Positions 45,456-54,369 of a stretch of 54,369 nt of DNA are shown here, in pieces. Position 1 is the stretch's first letter. Every line of letters starts with the position of its first letter. The DNA comes from a virus (Duplodnaviria; Caudoviricetes), in the IMG/VR virus record IMGVR_UViG_3300036820_000024, positions 1 to 54,369 of that record; one strand, 5' to 3'. Below the pieces are notes generated by a model. It was not told the DNA's origin. It searched no databases and worked only from the letters and a program-made list of their open reading frames with translations. A program made the translations under genes and the position numbers.

Positions 45456-47405
45456 ATGGAACTAAACGACGCGTTGGCACTCATTACAGACCAGGTAAAA
45501 AACGGCACAAAGCACACCGATTATAAAGCGGTTACGGACCTGGCAACCAAATTGCAAATACTCATTACGGGTAATAATTCGGCTTTGTTATTGCGCCGAT
45601 ATGTTAGCCGTGAAAGTGCGGAGGAGTTTGTAACGCGCTGCGCGATCACTCGGGCAATTACTCCGGCGGTTGCTGCCAGCGTCAAAATACCATTTTATAA
45701 AGTTGCCCGTAACCAGCGGATACGCTCAAACATCGACGTAAAGGACGAGGTTAAGAATGAGCAAATAAAAAACATGGCAAAAGGTTTTTACGGCTCGTCG
45801 GGTCGAAAAACTAAGGGCCTGGACTATTGGTTAAAAACCCGGTTTATGGATTTGACATTTACGGACCCTAACGCCTGGGTGATCGTAGAGTGGGATGCCC
45901 CCCAGGACGCAACAAGCCTAATACAGGCCCGACCGTTTGAGGTATCGAGCGCCCAGGCCTGGAATTTCAATATAGTAAACGAGGAGGTTTTTTGGTTATT
46001 TACGGCTTTGCCGATCACGTACATACAGGTTAACGCCGACAAAGAGGTAAAGAAAGCGGGCCGCAAATTTACCCTTTACGACAAAGATTATACCATTACG
46101 TGGGAACAATGCGACAAGGCATATTATACCGCTAAGGCTATACCGCTCGGGTCTAATCAAACATTTGTTACCAATGGTAAGAACGACTCCGAGACCTATT
46201 TACAAACGGTCAATACCCCAAAGCTGGGCTTCGTTCCCGCCTTTCGCATAGGTTACAACCGCGACCTATCAACCAACGGTAGGACCTATGTTAACCCGTT
46301 CCACGATGGGATGTGTTATTTTGATAAATCGCTGAAAACCGTTAGCGAGTTGGATTTAACCATGACACAACACGCCTTCCCGCAAAAAGTACAATACGCC
46401 CCGGCTTGTAAAGGGGCCGGTAAGCAAAAAAAATGTATGGGCGGTTACCTGGCAGACGGTACGGTGTGCGGGGTTTGTAACGGCACCGGCTTTGCTGGGC
46501 ATAAATCCAGTATGGACGTGTTAAACTTGCCATTGCCAACGGCGGGCACCCCAAACTCCGAGGTTATCGACCTTAGCAAACTGATTGCATACATTACCCC
46601 CGACATTAAATTGTTACAGTTTTTGGACGACTATATTAGCGGGCTGGAGGTTAAAGTACATAGCGCCGTTTTTAACAGCCAGGTATTTGTCCGGAAATCG
46701 GGCGGGGGCGGCTCAACCGCTGGCAAGTCGTCCGACGGTCAAACTTTCCAAACCGCGACCGAAAACGACAACAACATGCAATCCGTGTACGATGCCCTCG
46801 AGCCGTTTACCGAAAAGTTTAGCGACGTTTGGGAGGATATTGTGACGGTTTTAACCATGTTGGCGAACGTTACCCAAATAGAGGACGCCGACATAGACCA
46901 CGTTTTCCCGGCTGACTTTAAACTAAAAACAACCGACATTTTGCTGGGCGAACTTAAGGTCGTGAGCGATAGCGGCGCGCCCTCGTTTATGAAGGATAGG
47001 ATTACGGCCGATCTTGCCGAAATCGTTTTTGCAGGGGACACGCTCGGACTGTTAAAACTTAAGACGCAACGCCGGTACTTTCCATTTAATGGCAAGGGTG
47101 CCGACGAAATCGCGTTGCTGTTAAGCAGCCCGGACGTGCCCCGACGATCAAAAATATTATATTCAAATTTTGAGTTGATATTTACCGAGATCGAGATCGA
47201 AAACCCAAACTTTTACGTAATAACCGTTATCAAAACCCAGGACGATATCGTTAACAAAAAGGTTGAGGACTATAAGGCGCAAATTGATGCCGATACCCCG
47301 GCCCTGGATATAAATAGCCTCCGTAAGCAAATGACAGCTTTACCGATAGGCGTAGACCCGGGCGATACCGGGGGGCCTGGAAATCCCAATAACTCACAGG
47401 GCTAA
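45456..47405 (+). CDS. Portal protein with a CxxCxGxG zinc-finger insertion
   Basis: 649 aa, first gene of the head module; RES.EEF..R...T; CGVCNGTG. Confidence 0.72.
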   Translation: MELNDALALITDQVKNGTKHTDYKAVTDLATKLQILITGNNSALLLRRYVSRESAEEFVTRCAITRAITPAVAASVKIPFYKVARNQRIRSNIDVKDEVKNEQIKNMAKGFYGSSGRKTKGLDYWLKTRFMDLTFTDPNAWVIVEWDAPQDATSLIQARPFEVSSAQAWNFNIVNEEVFWLFTALPITYIQVNADKEVKKAGRKFTLYDKDYTITWEQCDKAYYTAKAIPLGSNQTFVTNGKNDSETYLQTVNTPKLGFVPAFRIGYNRDLSTNGRTYVNPFHDGMCYFDKSLKTVSELDLTMTQHAFPQKVQYAPACKGAGKQKKCMGGYLADGTVCGVCNGTGFAGHKSSMDVLNLPLPTAGTPNSEVIDLSKLIAYITPDIKLLQFLDDYISGLEVKVHSAVFNSQVFVRKSGGGGSTAGKSSDGQTFQTATENDNNMQSVYDALEPFTEKFSDVWEDIVTVLTMLANVTQIEDADIDHVFPADFKLKTTDILLGELKVVSDSGAPSFMKDRITADLAEIVFAGDTLGLLKLKTQRRYFPFNGKGADEIALLLSSPDVPRRSKILYSNFELIFTEIEIENPNFYVITVIKTQDDIVNKKVEDYKAQIDADTPALDINSLRKQMTALPIGVDPGDTGGPGNPNNSQG

Positions 47406-47407
47406 CG

Positions 47408-48313
47408 ATGGACATTACACAATTTACCGGGCAGCGTACCGACCTTATAAACGCGATTTTGGATAATTTGCAAGTTAAAGTACTGGCAAACCAGCGCGTA
47501 TTATATCAACTCATTATCGACGAGTTTGTCGATAAGTTGGAAACCAAAGGCGGCATAATTCAAAACACGACACAAAACAAACGCCTTTTAGCCCTGTTTG
47601 ATGCTGTTTTTAAAAAGTACACCGACGCGACGACCCCAGCGACAATAAAAACCCTCCTGGACGGGGTACAACAAATAATCGACTTTAACGCCCAATACTT
47701 TGCGGTTTTGGCTCCAAAATCCCAGCTTATCCCGATCAAAACGGACGTACAAAAATTGATCGATAGCTGGCTGGGTATCTCGAGCGACGGAAAAACCGTA
47801 CCGAACGGTTACCTGGATACTCTCATTAACGACCCGACCGTTAAAAATCAAATCCGTAACGTGATGATTAAGGGGATTGTTAATCAGGTTGGAAATATCC
47901 AGTTAAAACAGGACCTTAAGGATTACATTACCGGCAACAACCAGGGCACCGTTGCCGCCGGTGAAACTGGCAGCGCCCCCGATACCGGCGCGTTATCAAA
48001 ATATTACCGGAACTTTGTTTATGATACATACAGCCAGTTAGACAGGGCAACCGCCAACACGTACGCCAACACGTTAGAGCTGAATTACGCAATCTATGAA
48101 GGTGGTATCATTAGGACGAGCCGCAAATTTTGCAAAGATCACAACGGCAAAGTTTACAGCCGTGCGGAGATTGCGGTATTTGACCCCCCGACCGCTCAAC
48201 CCCCAGGATACAATCCGTTTGTTGATCTCGGCGGGTATGGGTGCCGACACCATTTAAATTGGATACCCGAGATTATCGCGTTTTCTATGCGGCCCGATTT
48301 AAAACCCGCTTAA
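47408..48313 (+). CDS. Minor head protein (SPP1 gp7/Mu F-like)
   Basis: Y.GG....SR.FC....GK...GGYGCRH, directly after the portal. Confidence 0.75.
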   Translation: MDITQFTGQRTDLINAILDNLQVKVLANQRVLYQLIIDEFVDKLETKGGIIQNTTQNKRLLALFDAVFKKYTDATTPATIKTLLDGVQQIIDFNAQYFAVLAPKSQLIPIKTDVQKLIDSWLGISSDGKTVPNGYLDTLINDPTVKNQIRNVMIKGIVNQVGNIQLKQDLKDYITGNNQGTVAAGETGSAPDTGALSKYYRNFVYDTYSQLDRATANTYANTLELNYAIYEGGIIRTSRKFCKDHNGKVYSRAEIAVFDPPTAQPPGYNPFVDLGGYGCRHHLNWIPEIIAFSMRPDLKPA

Positions 48314-48362
48314 TTTGTAATTTATTTCTATCTATATTTACAACGTAAATTAAATTTCATTT

Positions 48363-49049
48363 ATGAAGCTAAGATATTTAAACAGGGTTGCCGACGCGAA
48401 TAACAGTAACGGCGGCAACCAGGCTAACGCCAACCAGGCAAAAGCAGCGCCCGCAAAAGCGGCGACCGCAAGCGACGACCTGTTAAATGCCGACAAAGCG
48501 GACGGCGCAAAAACAAACGAGCCTCCAGCCGGTACTAACAAGCTGACAGAAATTAACCCAGGCCCGGACGGACCTACGCCTGGCCCAACTTCCGGTACCG
48601 AAAACCAGGGAACGGCACAAACCGATCAGCAGCAAAAGGCAGCGGGGGGTGATCAGCCAGGCGCGGCTGCAGTCCAGGGCGAAAAAACAAACGAGGAAAG
48701 CGGCAACCAGGCTAACGCCAACCAGGCAAACCAGCCCAGCGCAAAGGACGAAAACGCCGAACAGGACGAAGTTTTAAACAAAGTCGCTGAAAAAATTGCG
48801 GGACATTTGCAAAATGCCGGTATTGGTGCCCAGGTCGCTAACGCAAACAAGCCAGCCGGGCCTCGTATCTTATCGGATGATCAAAAGCTGGCAAAATACG
48901 GGCCGGGCTATATTGACGCCAAAAACGAACGGGGGGCAACAACAACCTTCAGCGCTAAGGTATGGGCTTCCCTGGGTAAAAATAAACTCGGCTGGGTGCC
49001 GGTCGTTAAGACACCGCCCGAGGTTGACGCGTTAAACAAAACAAACTAA
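48363..49049 (+). CDS. Low-complexity head-module protein
   Basis: N/Q/A/G-rich sequence with a folded-looking C-terminus. Confidence 0.7.
   Translation: MKLRYLNRVADANNSNGGNQANANQAKAAPAKAATASDDLLNADKADGAKTNEPPAGTNKLTEINPGPDGPTPGPTSGTENQGTAQTDQQQKAAGGDQPGAAAVQGEKTNEESGNQANANQANQPSAKDENAEQDEVLNKVAEKIAGHLQNAGIGAQVANANKPAGPRILSDDQKLAKYGPGYIDAKNERGATTTFSAKVWASLGKNKLGWVPVVKTPPEVDALNKTN
48412..48730 (+). repeat. 31-bp direct repeat (48412-48442 and 48700-48730)
   Basis: GCGGCAACCAGGCTAACGCCAACCAGGCAAA twice, encoding GNQANANQA. Confidence 0.85.
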
Positions 49050-49092
49050 TCATTAAAAGCCGCCGGGGGCTTCATGCCCGGCATTTATAACA

Positions 49093-50034
49093 ATGGATTA
49101 CGAAAAGATTTTACGGGCGCTTTTGTCTAAGGCGTTTAAATTAGACCAGGGCCAAATCGACGAGTTATTAGCAAAAGAAACCGACGGAACCGACGGTAAA
49201 AAAGTTGCAGTAACAGCCGACGAGTTGGAAAACAAAATACTTACGGCGGACAAAACACGCATTGCAACCATAACCAAACCAAAGGACGGGCAAACTTTCC
49301 AGGACGGTTATAAGAAAGCAAAGGCCGAGGTTTTGACCGACTTTGAAAAAAGCGTAAGGGAAAAATACGGACTGGATACCGAGGTAACAGGTATCGAATT
49401 GATCGACGCGTTAGTTGATGAAAAGTCAAAAGGTGCCGCCAAAAAGGAAATAACAGACGACGACGTTAAAAAACACCCTGTTTACCAAAACATGGAAAAA
49501 CAGATGAAGAAAAGCGTTGCCGACACTAAAACCGAGTATGAAGGCAAGTTGACACAAAAGGACAATGAGTTTAACCGTACAAAAACCCTTAGTCAGGTGC
49601 AAAACCTTGCCTGGGAAAGTGTAGTAAAACTTAATCCCATTTTATCCAAAAACGCGGCGGTCGCCCAAACCGCTAAAAATAATTTCCTTAAGTCGCTGGA
49701 GGGATACGATTACGAAATCCAGGAAAGCGGCCCGGTAATTATGAAGGACGGCAAAGTCGTTGACGATGGGCACGGGAATAGTTTAGCGTTTAGTGATTTG
49801 GTGAAATCAACAGCACAAAATCACTTTGAATTTTCAAATAATAACGGCGGTGTAAACGGTGGAAATGACAACAACCAGCACAAAGGCGCTGATAATATCG
49901 GCGCTTACCCTGCGGGCATTAACAAGCCGGGCACAATGGCCGATTATGCGAAAATCGTAAACGACGAGACAATACCGTTAGCAGATCGGCAGACAGTTGC
50001 CAAAGTTTGGGACACGGAACATAGTAACGTTTAG
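49093..50034 (+). CDS. Capsid scaffolding protein
   Basis: Charged helical protein with a G/N-rich linker, directly before the capsid gene. Confidence 0.65.
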   Translation: MDYEKILRALLSKAFKLDQGQIDELLAKETDGTDGKKVAVTADELENKILTADKTRIATITKPKDGQTFQDGYKKAKAEVLTDFEKSVREKYGLDTEVTGIELIDALVDEKSKGAAKKEITDDDVKKHPVYQNMEKQMKKSVADTKTEYEGKLTQKDNEFNRTKTLSQVQNLAWESVVKLNPILSKNAAVAQTAKNNFLKSLEGYDYEIQESGPVIMKDGKVVDDGHGNSLAFSDLVKSTAQNHFEFSNNNGGVNGGNDNNQHKGADNIGAYPAGINKPGTMADYAKIVNDETIPLADRQTVAKVWDTEHSNV

Positions 50035-50060
50035 TCTTTAACTTTTTAAACTTTAATCAA

Positions 50061-51146
50061 ATGCCATTACCAGCAAACGGCGACGTAACCGCCTCACAAT
50101 TGTTACAGATCAAATTAAAGGCGGAGCAAATGTGGCAAGATAGCCAGCTTATGGCCGAATATATGCCCAACGCCGACGCGGCAATAGCCGTTTTGAAAAA
50201 CCAAACCGCGAGGTTTGAGGAACTGACAAACTCTAACATTGACAACAAAGTTACTGTTAACTGGATTAACCCATGTGGTATAACCGTACAGGACTGCGAG
50301 CCTCTTTGTACATTGGACGGCCAGGAATTGAGCACCGGCGGCAATGATTACGAGTTAAGCATGTGTAAACAAACGCTCGGCTTAAAGATCAACCGCGAGA
50401 AATTCCGTACTAATCTTTATGATTACGACGAGTTTGTAGCCGCTGGCATTTTACAGCACATTAAGGCGCTCGACGAGTATTGGGCACAACAAATTTTAGT
50501 TAAACTGAAGGCATTTGCCGGGGTAAACGTTGCGGTTGCAGCGGGCGGCATTGCTTCAAACGGCTTCAGTTGGGACGGTAACACAACCCAAATACCCGCC
50601 GACCAGTACAACGTGCAAATTTTGACTAAATTGTTACAGCAACAAATTATCAATAAGATGCCAGCGGGGTACATAATCGACGACGGTTGGATGTACCAAT
50701 CTATTAACAATTCGTTGATTGACCAGCAAAACCTCAACGCCCAGGGCGACGCAAAACGCGCCGCAACCTTAGCGGGCCGGGTTACGTTCGATCAATTTAA
50801 CTTCGCGTTATCGGGCGTTACCGAGGATATGTTTATCGTAAACCCTGGCGCGGTTGCGTTCAAAACCAAAACCCGCAACCCTGACGTGCCTACGTTGATC
50901 GGGGGTAACGTACAACAAACTCGTTACACCGTTCCGAGCCGTGTTTTACCAGGTGTAAAATATGACGTTTATTATACCCTTACTTGTGTCGTTAACGAGA
51001 CAACTAACAGGGGCGAAATAGTGGACGTTTGGAATTTTGAAACCCTGGGGGACATATTCCTAAACCCTAACGGGTGCCCGGTTGAAATCGGGGGTACAAC
51101 TTACACCCCAACCGGTGTATTGGGTTACGAACGGCAAGCCGCTTAA
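50061..51146 (+). CDS. Major capsid protein
   Basis: 361 aa, follows the scaffold, followed by a strong terminator. Confidence 0.72.
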   Translation: MPLPANGDVTASQLLQIKLKAEQMWQDSQLMAEYMPNADAAIAVLKNQTARFEELTNSNIDNKVTVNWINPCGITVQDCEPLCTLDGQELSTGGNDYELSMCKQTLGLKINREKFRTNLYDYDEFVAAGILQHIKALDEYWAQQILVKLKAFAGVNVAVAAGGIASNGFSWDGNTTQIPADQYNVQILTKLLQQQIINKMPAGYIIDDGWMYQSINNSLIDQQNLNAQGDAKRAATLAGRVTFDQFNFALSGVTEDMFIVNPGAVAFKTKTRNPDVPTLIGGNVQQTRYTVPSRVLPGVKYDVYYTLTCVVNETTNRGEIVDVWNFETLGDIFLNPNGCPVEIGGTTYTPTGVLGYERQAA

Positions 51147-51174
51147 GCCTCCCGGTTGCCTTATTAAACTGCGA

Positions 51175-51203
51175 AAGCCTGGAATTTATTCCGGGCTTTT
51201 TTT
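51175..51203 (+). terminator. Intrinsic terminator
   Basis: AGCCTGGAA-ttta-TTCCGGGCT-TTTTTT. Confidence 0.8.
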
Positions 51204-51235
51204 GTTTACATTTGGATAAAAAAATATTTATCGCT

Positions 51236-52447
51236 ATGGAATGTTTAAACGGTATTATAGGCATTGCGCCGGACCTTTGCGAATGTTTGCAAAACGGGGC
51301 CGAACCCGACCAAATCACACAAATAACCTCGAGCGTCTCGGGCCTTTACGTTTCCGATCTGCCCGGCGGCGTCGATATTTCAGCCCTGGCAACCGTTGAC
51401 AACTGTAAAAGTTTAGCCCAGGTTTGTATCGACGCCTTAACGTCGGCGTACAAAAATGTTAATACGGATCTCATTGTGGCTTTAAACACAAACTACCAGG
51501 GGCAAAAAACTTTTGTCGGTACACTCGGGCAAATGAGTTATACCGGCACCCTGCCAGCTGTAAAGCGTTACCAGGCCTTTGTGTTGAAAGCTAACACCGG
51601 GAGCGACGCAATCGCAAAGATCAACCGTATAGGTTTAATTGTAAACGGCTCGGAAAGCGTCAACGTTTCCGTTATCAGCGCCCCGCGTGACAGCTCTATG
51701 GGCACGGTCGTTGCGACGTACACGATTAACAGCGTTGCAAATTCTTACGCATGGTTTTCGGTGCCCTCGGGTGGTTTATCGCTGCCATTGTCAAAGAGCG
51801 GAAGCCCGATTGATTATTATTTCGTTTACGATAGCCAAACCGGAGCGGGCATTGCCCCAAAGGATAATAAAATTTGGTGTAATTGCCCGGGTCTGCAAAA
51901 AACAGTTAAAACGGTCGGTAATTATTTGGCCCCTATGGGTATGCAACTCGACGACCCCAATAACTTAAGCAGCGGGATTGTTGACAAATATACGCGGGGT
52001 ATTTTGTTAGATTGTGAGTTAAGATGTAACGCGGAGGTTTTGGTGTGCGGGAACTATGATAATACGGAGGCCGTCGCCGTCGTCCTGGCAGTTGCGGCCC
52101 AATTTAAAGCCGCCGAGTTGTTGATCGAGGGCGTAATGAAAACCCGCGAGGTTAACCGCCTGGTATTGCAAAACAAGGAGTATTTATGGGGTAAACGCAA
52201 TCATTTTGTTACCGAGTATCAAAACCGTATCCTTTACCTGGCTAAGGTTATCGACGTAACCGCCTCGAGTTGCTATATATGCCGCGACGACGATATGTAT
52301 TTTACAAAACAGCAAGTAACCGACGGCGTTTTTCAAGATCAATACGAGGCAATAAACGCGATCAACCAAAGCGGGTATTTAGGTTACAACCCGCAATTAA
52401 TAAACAACGTTATCCCCGGTGTAATTCCTATACCGGACAAATTTTAA
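51236..52447 (+). CDS. Cys-rich head-tail adaptor/structural protein
   Basis: TACATTTG promoter at 51207; start at ATG 51236 (MECLNG); position after the capsid gene. Confidence 0.6.
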   Translation: MECLNGIIGIAPDLCECLQNGAEPDQITQITSSVSGLYVSDLPGGVDISALATVDNCKSLAQVCIDALTSAYKNVNTDLIVALNTNYQGQKTFVGTLGQMSYTGTLPAVKRYQAFVLKANTGSDAIAKINRIGLIVNGSESVNVSVISAPRDSSMGTVVATYTINSVANSYAWFSVPSGGLSLPLSKSGSPIDYYFVYDSQTGAGIAPKDNKIWCNCPGLQKTVKTVGNYLAPMGMQLDDPNNLSSGIVDKYTRGILLDCELRCNAEVLVCGNYDNTEAVAVVLAVAAQFKAAELLIEGVMKTREVNRLVLQNKEYLWGKRNHFVTEYQNRILYLAKVIDVTASSCYICRDDDMYFTKQQVTDGVFQDQYEAINAINQSGYLGYNPQLINNVIPGVIPIPDKF

Positions 52448-52450
52448 AGG

Positions 52451-53053
52451 ATGCCCGATATATCAGTATTTAAGGAAAAATTAAAGTCGTTGCAGGATGC
52501 CGTCCGGGCAAAATTGCCCGACATTGCGACAACCTTAACGCTATCGGCAAAGGCAATTTCTGAACGCCGTATAAAAGATCAAGGCTTCGGCGCTGAATAT
52601 TCTAAAACCCCGATCCCAGCCTGGTTTTTTCACGACAAAGAATTAAACGCCCAGGGCACCGCATTTTTAAACGCTCACGGTGTAACGCAACCAGGCGCGC
52701 CCAAAAAGGCCAAACGGGCCAAAAAGGGCGAAGGGATACCCAAAGCCGACAGGGAGGCAACCTGGGGGGAATTTCGCGCCGCGCAAGGTCTGCAAAACGG
52801 GTTTGTTGATCTTAGTTACAGCAACAAAATGTTTGCCGCAATGATACCCCAAGAAGTCCAGGTAAACGGCGACATTTATAGCGCCCCCCTGGGTGCAAGC
52901 AATCAGCAAGCCCAAAAGGAAATGAATTATAATTTTGAGCGGTACGGGGATTTTATCGGTAAGGCACTCCAGCCCGAGGATTTTAATTTACTCGGTGACG
53001 TGGTTATTACCGAGTTTGATAAACTTATTTCAGCAGCTAATTTAATACCATGA
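52451..53053 (+). CDS. Putative neck/tail completion protein
   Basis: I..RI...G...YS...R..QG.Q...VDL.YS..M pattern. Confidence 0.6.
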   Translation: MPDISVFKEKLKSLQDAVRAKLPDIATTLTLSAKAISERRIKDQGFGAEYSKTPIPAWFFHDKELNAQGTAFLNAHGVTQPGAPKKAKRAKKGEGIPKADREATWGEFRAAQGLQNGFVDLSYSNKMFAAMIPQEVQVNGDIYSAPLGASNQQAQKEMNYNFERYGDFIGKALQPEDFNLLGDVVITEFDKLISAANLIP

Positions 53054-53463
53054 ACGAAAACTATTTCACTATCCACAAATGGCTGGGCAAGCAATACGGC
53101 CCGGCGTCAAAATGCGAAAAACCGGAATGTACCGGTAAGGCTAAACGGTTTGAATATGCTTTAAAAAAAGGTTGTGAGCATAGTAAAAATCGTGATAATT
53201 ATATTATGCTTTGCGCGTCTTGTCACCGTAAATACGATATTACCGCCGAAATGTTGGAAAACCTTAAACAACCACGAAAATCAGTACACCACGAAACGCC
53301 CGTTACGTCCGTTAACCAGTTATCAGCGGATGGCAAAATAATCAACACATACCAGTCGATAATGGACGCTCATAAAAATACTGGCATTAACCGCCGAAGT
53401 ATTTATAACGTAGTTGCCGGAACTGCCAAAACAGCGGGTGGCTATATTTTTTCACGTATTTAA
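53050..53463 (+). CDS. HNH-like/NUMOD1 homing endonuclease
   Basis: IH.W....YG....C...C; LC.SCH..YD; YQSI.DA...TGI...I...KTAGGY.F. Confidence 0.8.
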   Translation: MNENYFTIHKWLGKQYGPASKCEKPECTGKAKRFEYALKKGCEHSKNRDNYIMLCASCHRKYDITAEMLENLKQPRKSVHHETPVTSVNQLSADGKIINTYQSIMDAHKNTGINRRSIYNVVAGTAKTAGGYIFSRI

Positions 53464-53475
53464 AATCTTAAGAAG

Positions 53476-54117
53476 TTGAATAAAGAACTTGCCAGCACAC
53501 TAAGGAACAAATTAACGGCCCTCCCATTTGTTGACAAATTGGCGGCCCTTGTGCAAACGGTGGAGGACGTCCAGTTTAGCGACGACGACGCCCCAAAAAC
53601 AACCCCTTACCGGAATAAATTCCCCGTAAGCTATGACGTGATCGGTGCCGGAACCTCGGGAACCGATTACCAGGGCCGAGAAAAGGATTTAGTACCTGAC
53701 AGCTCTAAAAAATCAATCATATATTTTGAGGACTTCGGGAGTACAATTGTCGCTGTTCGTGATCTCGGGTTAACGGAATTTAACAGTAAACTAAGGTTAA
53801 TTTGTTGGCTAAACCGGCAAAGGTTCACGGGCGACGCGTATAGCGAAATATCAGCCTATTGCATTGCCGCCATATTGGGCAAGCTGGCAGCGCCCCCGCA
53901 CTTTAAGGATAACGGCATTTTTAAGCGCCTCAACGTTAAGGCGACCGCGATACCGGCGCAAAATGCTGATTTGTTTAGCCGTTATACTTATGATCAAACC
54001 GTGCGGCAATTCTTACGCCCGCCGTTTGAATTTTTTGGCATTGATCTTTCATGTAATTACCACGCTGGGATATCATGTTTTGACCCGATAAATTTTAACA
54101 TTGATAATAATTGTTAG
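53476..54117 (+). CDS. Putative tail terminator/completion protein
   Basis: TTG start; position at the end of the neck module. Confidence 0.55.
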   Translation: MNKELASTLRNKLTALPFVDKLAALVQTVEDVQFSDDDAPKTTPYRNKFPVSYDVIGAGTSGTDYQGREKDLVPDSSKKSIIYFEDFGSTIVAVRDLGLTEFNSKLRLICWLNRQRFTGDAYSEISAYCIAAILGKLAAPPHFKDNGIFKRLNVKATAIPAQNADLFSRYTYDQTVRQFLRPPFEFFGIDLSCNYHAGISCFDPINFNIDNNC

Positions 54118-54118
54118 T

Positions 54119-54369
54119 ATGCTTTTAATCGACTTTTTACAAACCCTGGCCTTTGCCGGGGTTACGGCTTTAATATCGGTCGTGTACCGTTACGTATTGC
54201 TCGAGGAGGTTTTACATTTTTGGTTAAAGATCGGCGAACGCTGGGAGCGCCGTTGGTTTTATAAACCCGTTTGGGGTTGTCACAAGTGCATAGCGGGGCA
54301 ATTAACTGCCTGGTTGTACCTTGCGCGGCTCATACGGTCGAATTTTAAACTTTTGATATACTTGCCCGG
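54119..54369 (+). CDS. 5' part of a membrane protein with a CxxC motif (DUF1360-like); continues across the junction to the stop at 245
   Basis: ATG at 54119 gives MLLIDFLQTLAFAGVTALISVVYRYVLL...WGCHKCIAGQLTAW, in frame with ORF 18..245. Confidence 0.8.
   Translation, partial: MLLIDFLQTLAFAGVTALISVVYRYVLLEEVLHFWLKIGERWERRWFYKPVWGCHKCIAGQLTAWLYLARLIRSNFKLLIYLP
54225..54369. repeat. Terminal direct repeat, right copy
   Basis: Matches 1-145; implies a circular unit of 54224 bp. Confidence 0.97.

Noticed and set aside
461-52915. The many minus-strand and nested ORFs in the track
   Set aside because: All overlap better-supported plus-strand genes and lack recognisable motifs
1-54369. Integrase, CI repressor, ParA, reverse transcriptase/DGR, tRNA, CRISPR array, alternative genetic code
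   Set aside because: No supporting motifs, cloverleafs or spaced repeats seen; genes read through densely with standard stop codons

Overview
The window is a complete, circularly permuted tailed-phage genome of about 54.2 kb. Bases 1-145 repeat 54225-54369 with one mismatch, and one gene spans the junction. Essentially every credible gene is on the + strand. Many TAnnTTTG promoters and A-rich start regions without Shine-Dalgarno sequences point to a Bacteroidota host. Modules: tail (1-14 kb, with a chaperone -1 frameshift, tape measure and an SGNH tail-spike-like protein), lysis (14-16.3 kb), early/replication/recombination (16.4-30 kb), DNA and nucleotide modification (30-38 kb), terminase (38-41.3 kb), an accessory early island (41.3-45.4 kb), and head/neck (45.4-54.2 kb). 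I see no integrase, CI-type repressor, tRNA or CRISPR array. The most notable signal is non-coding. Two short promoter-to-terminator units without ORFs (about 16270-16344 and 20137-20188) are antisense to the translation-initiation regions of sets of the phage's own genes: early genes for the first, and the major tail and capsid genes for the second. Two families of repeated operator-like sites accompany them. All functional calls come from motif recognition by eye; no searches were run.
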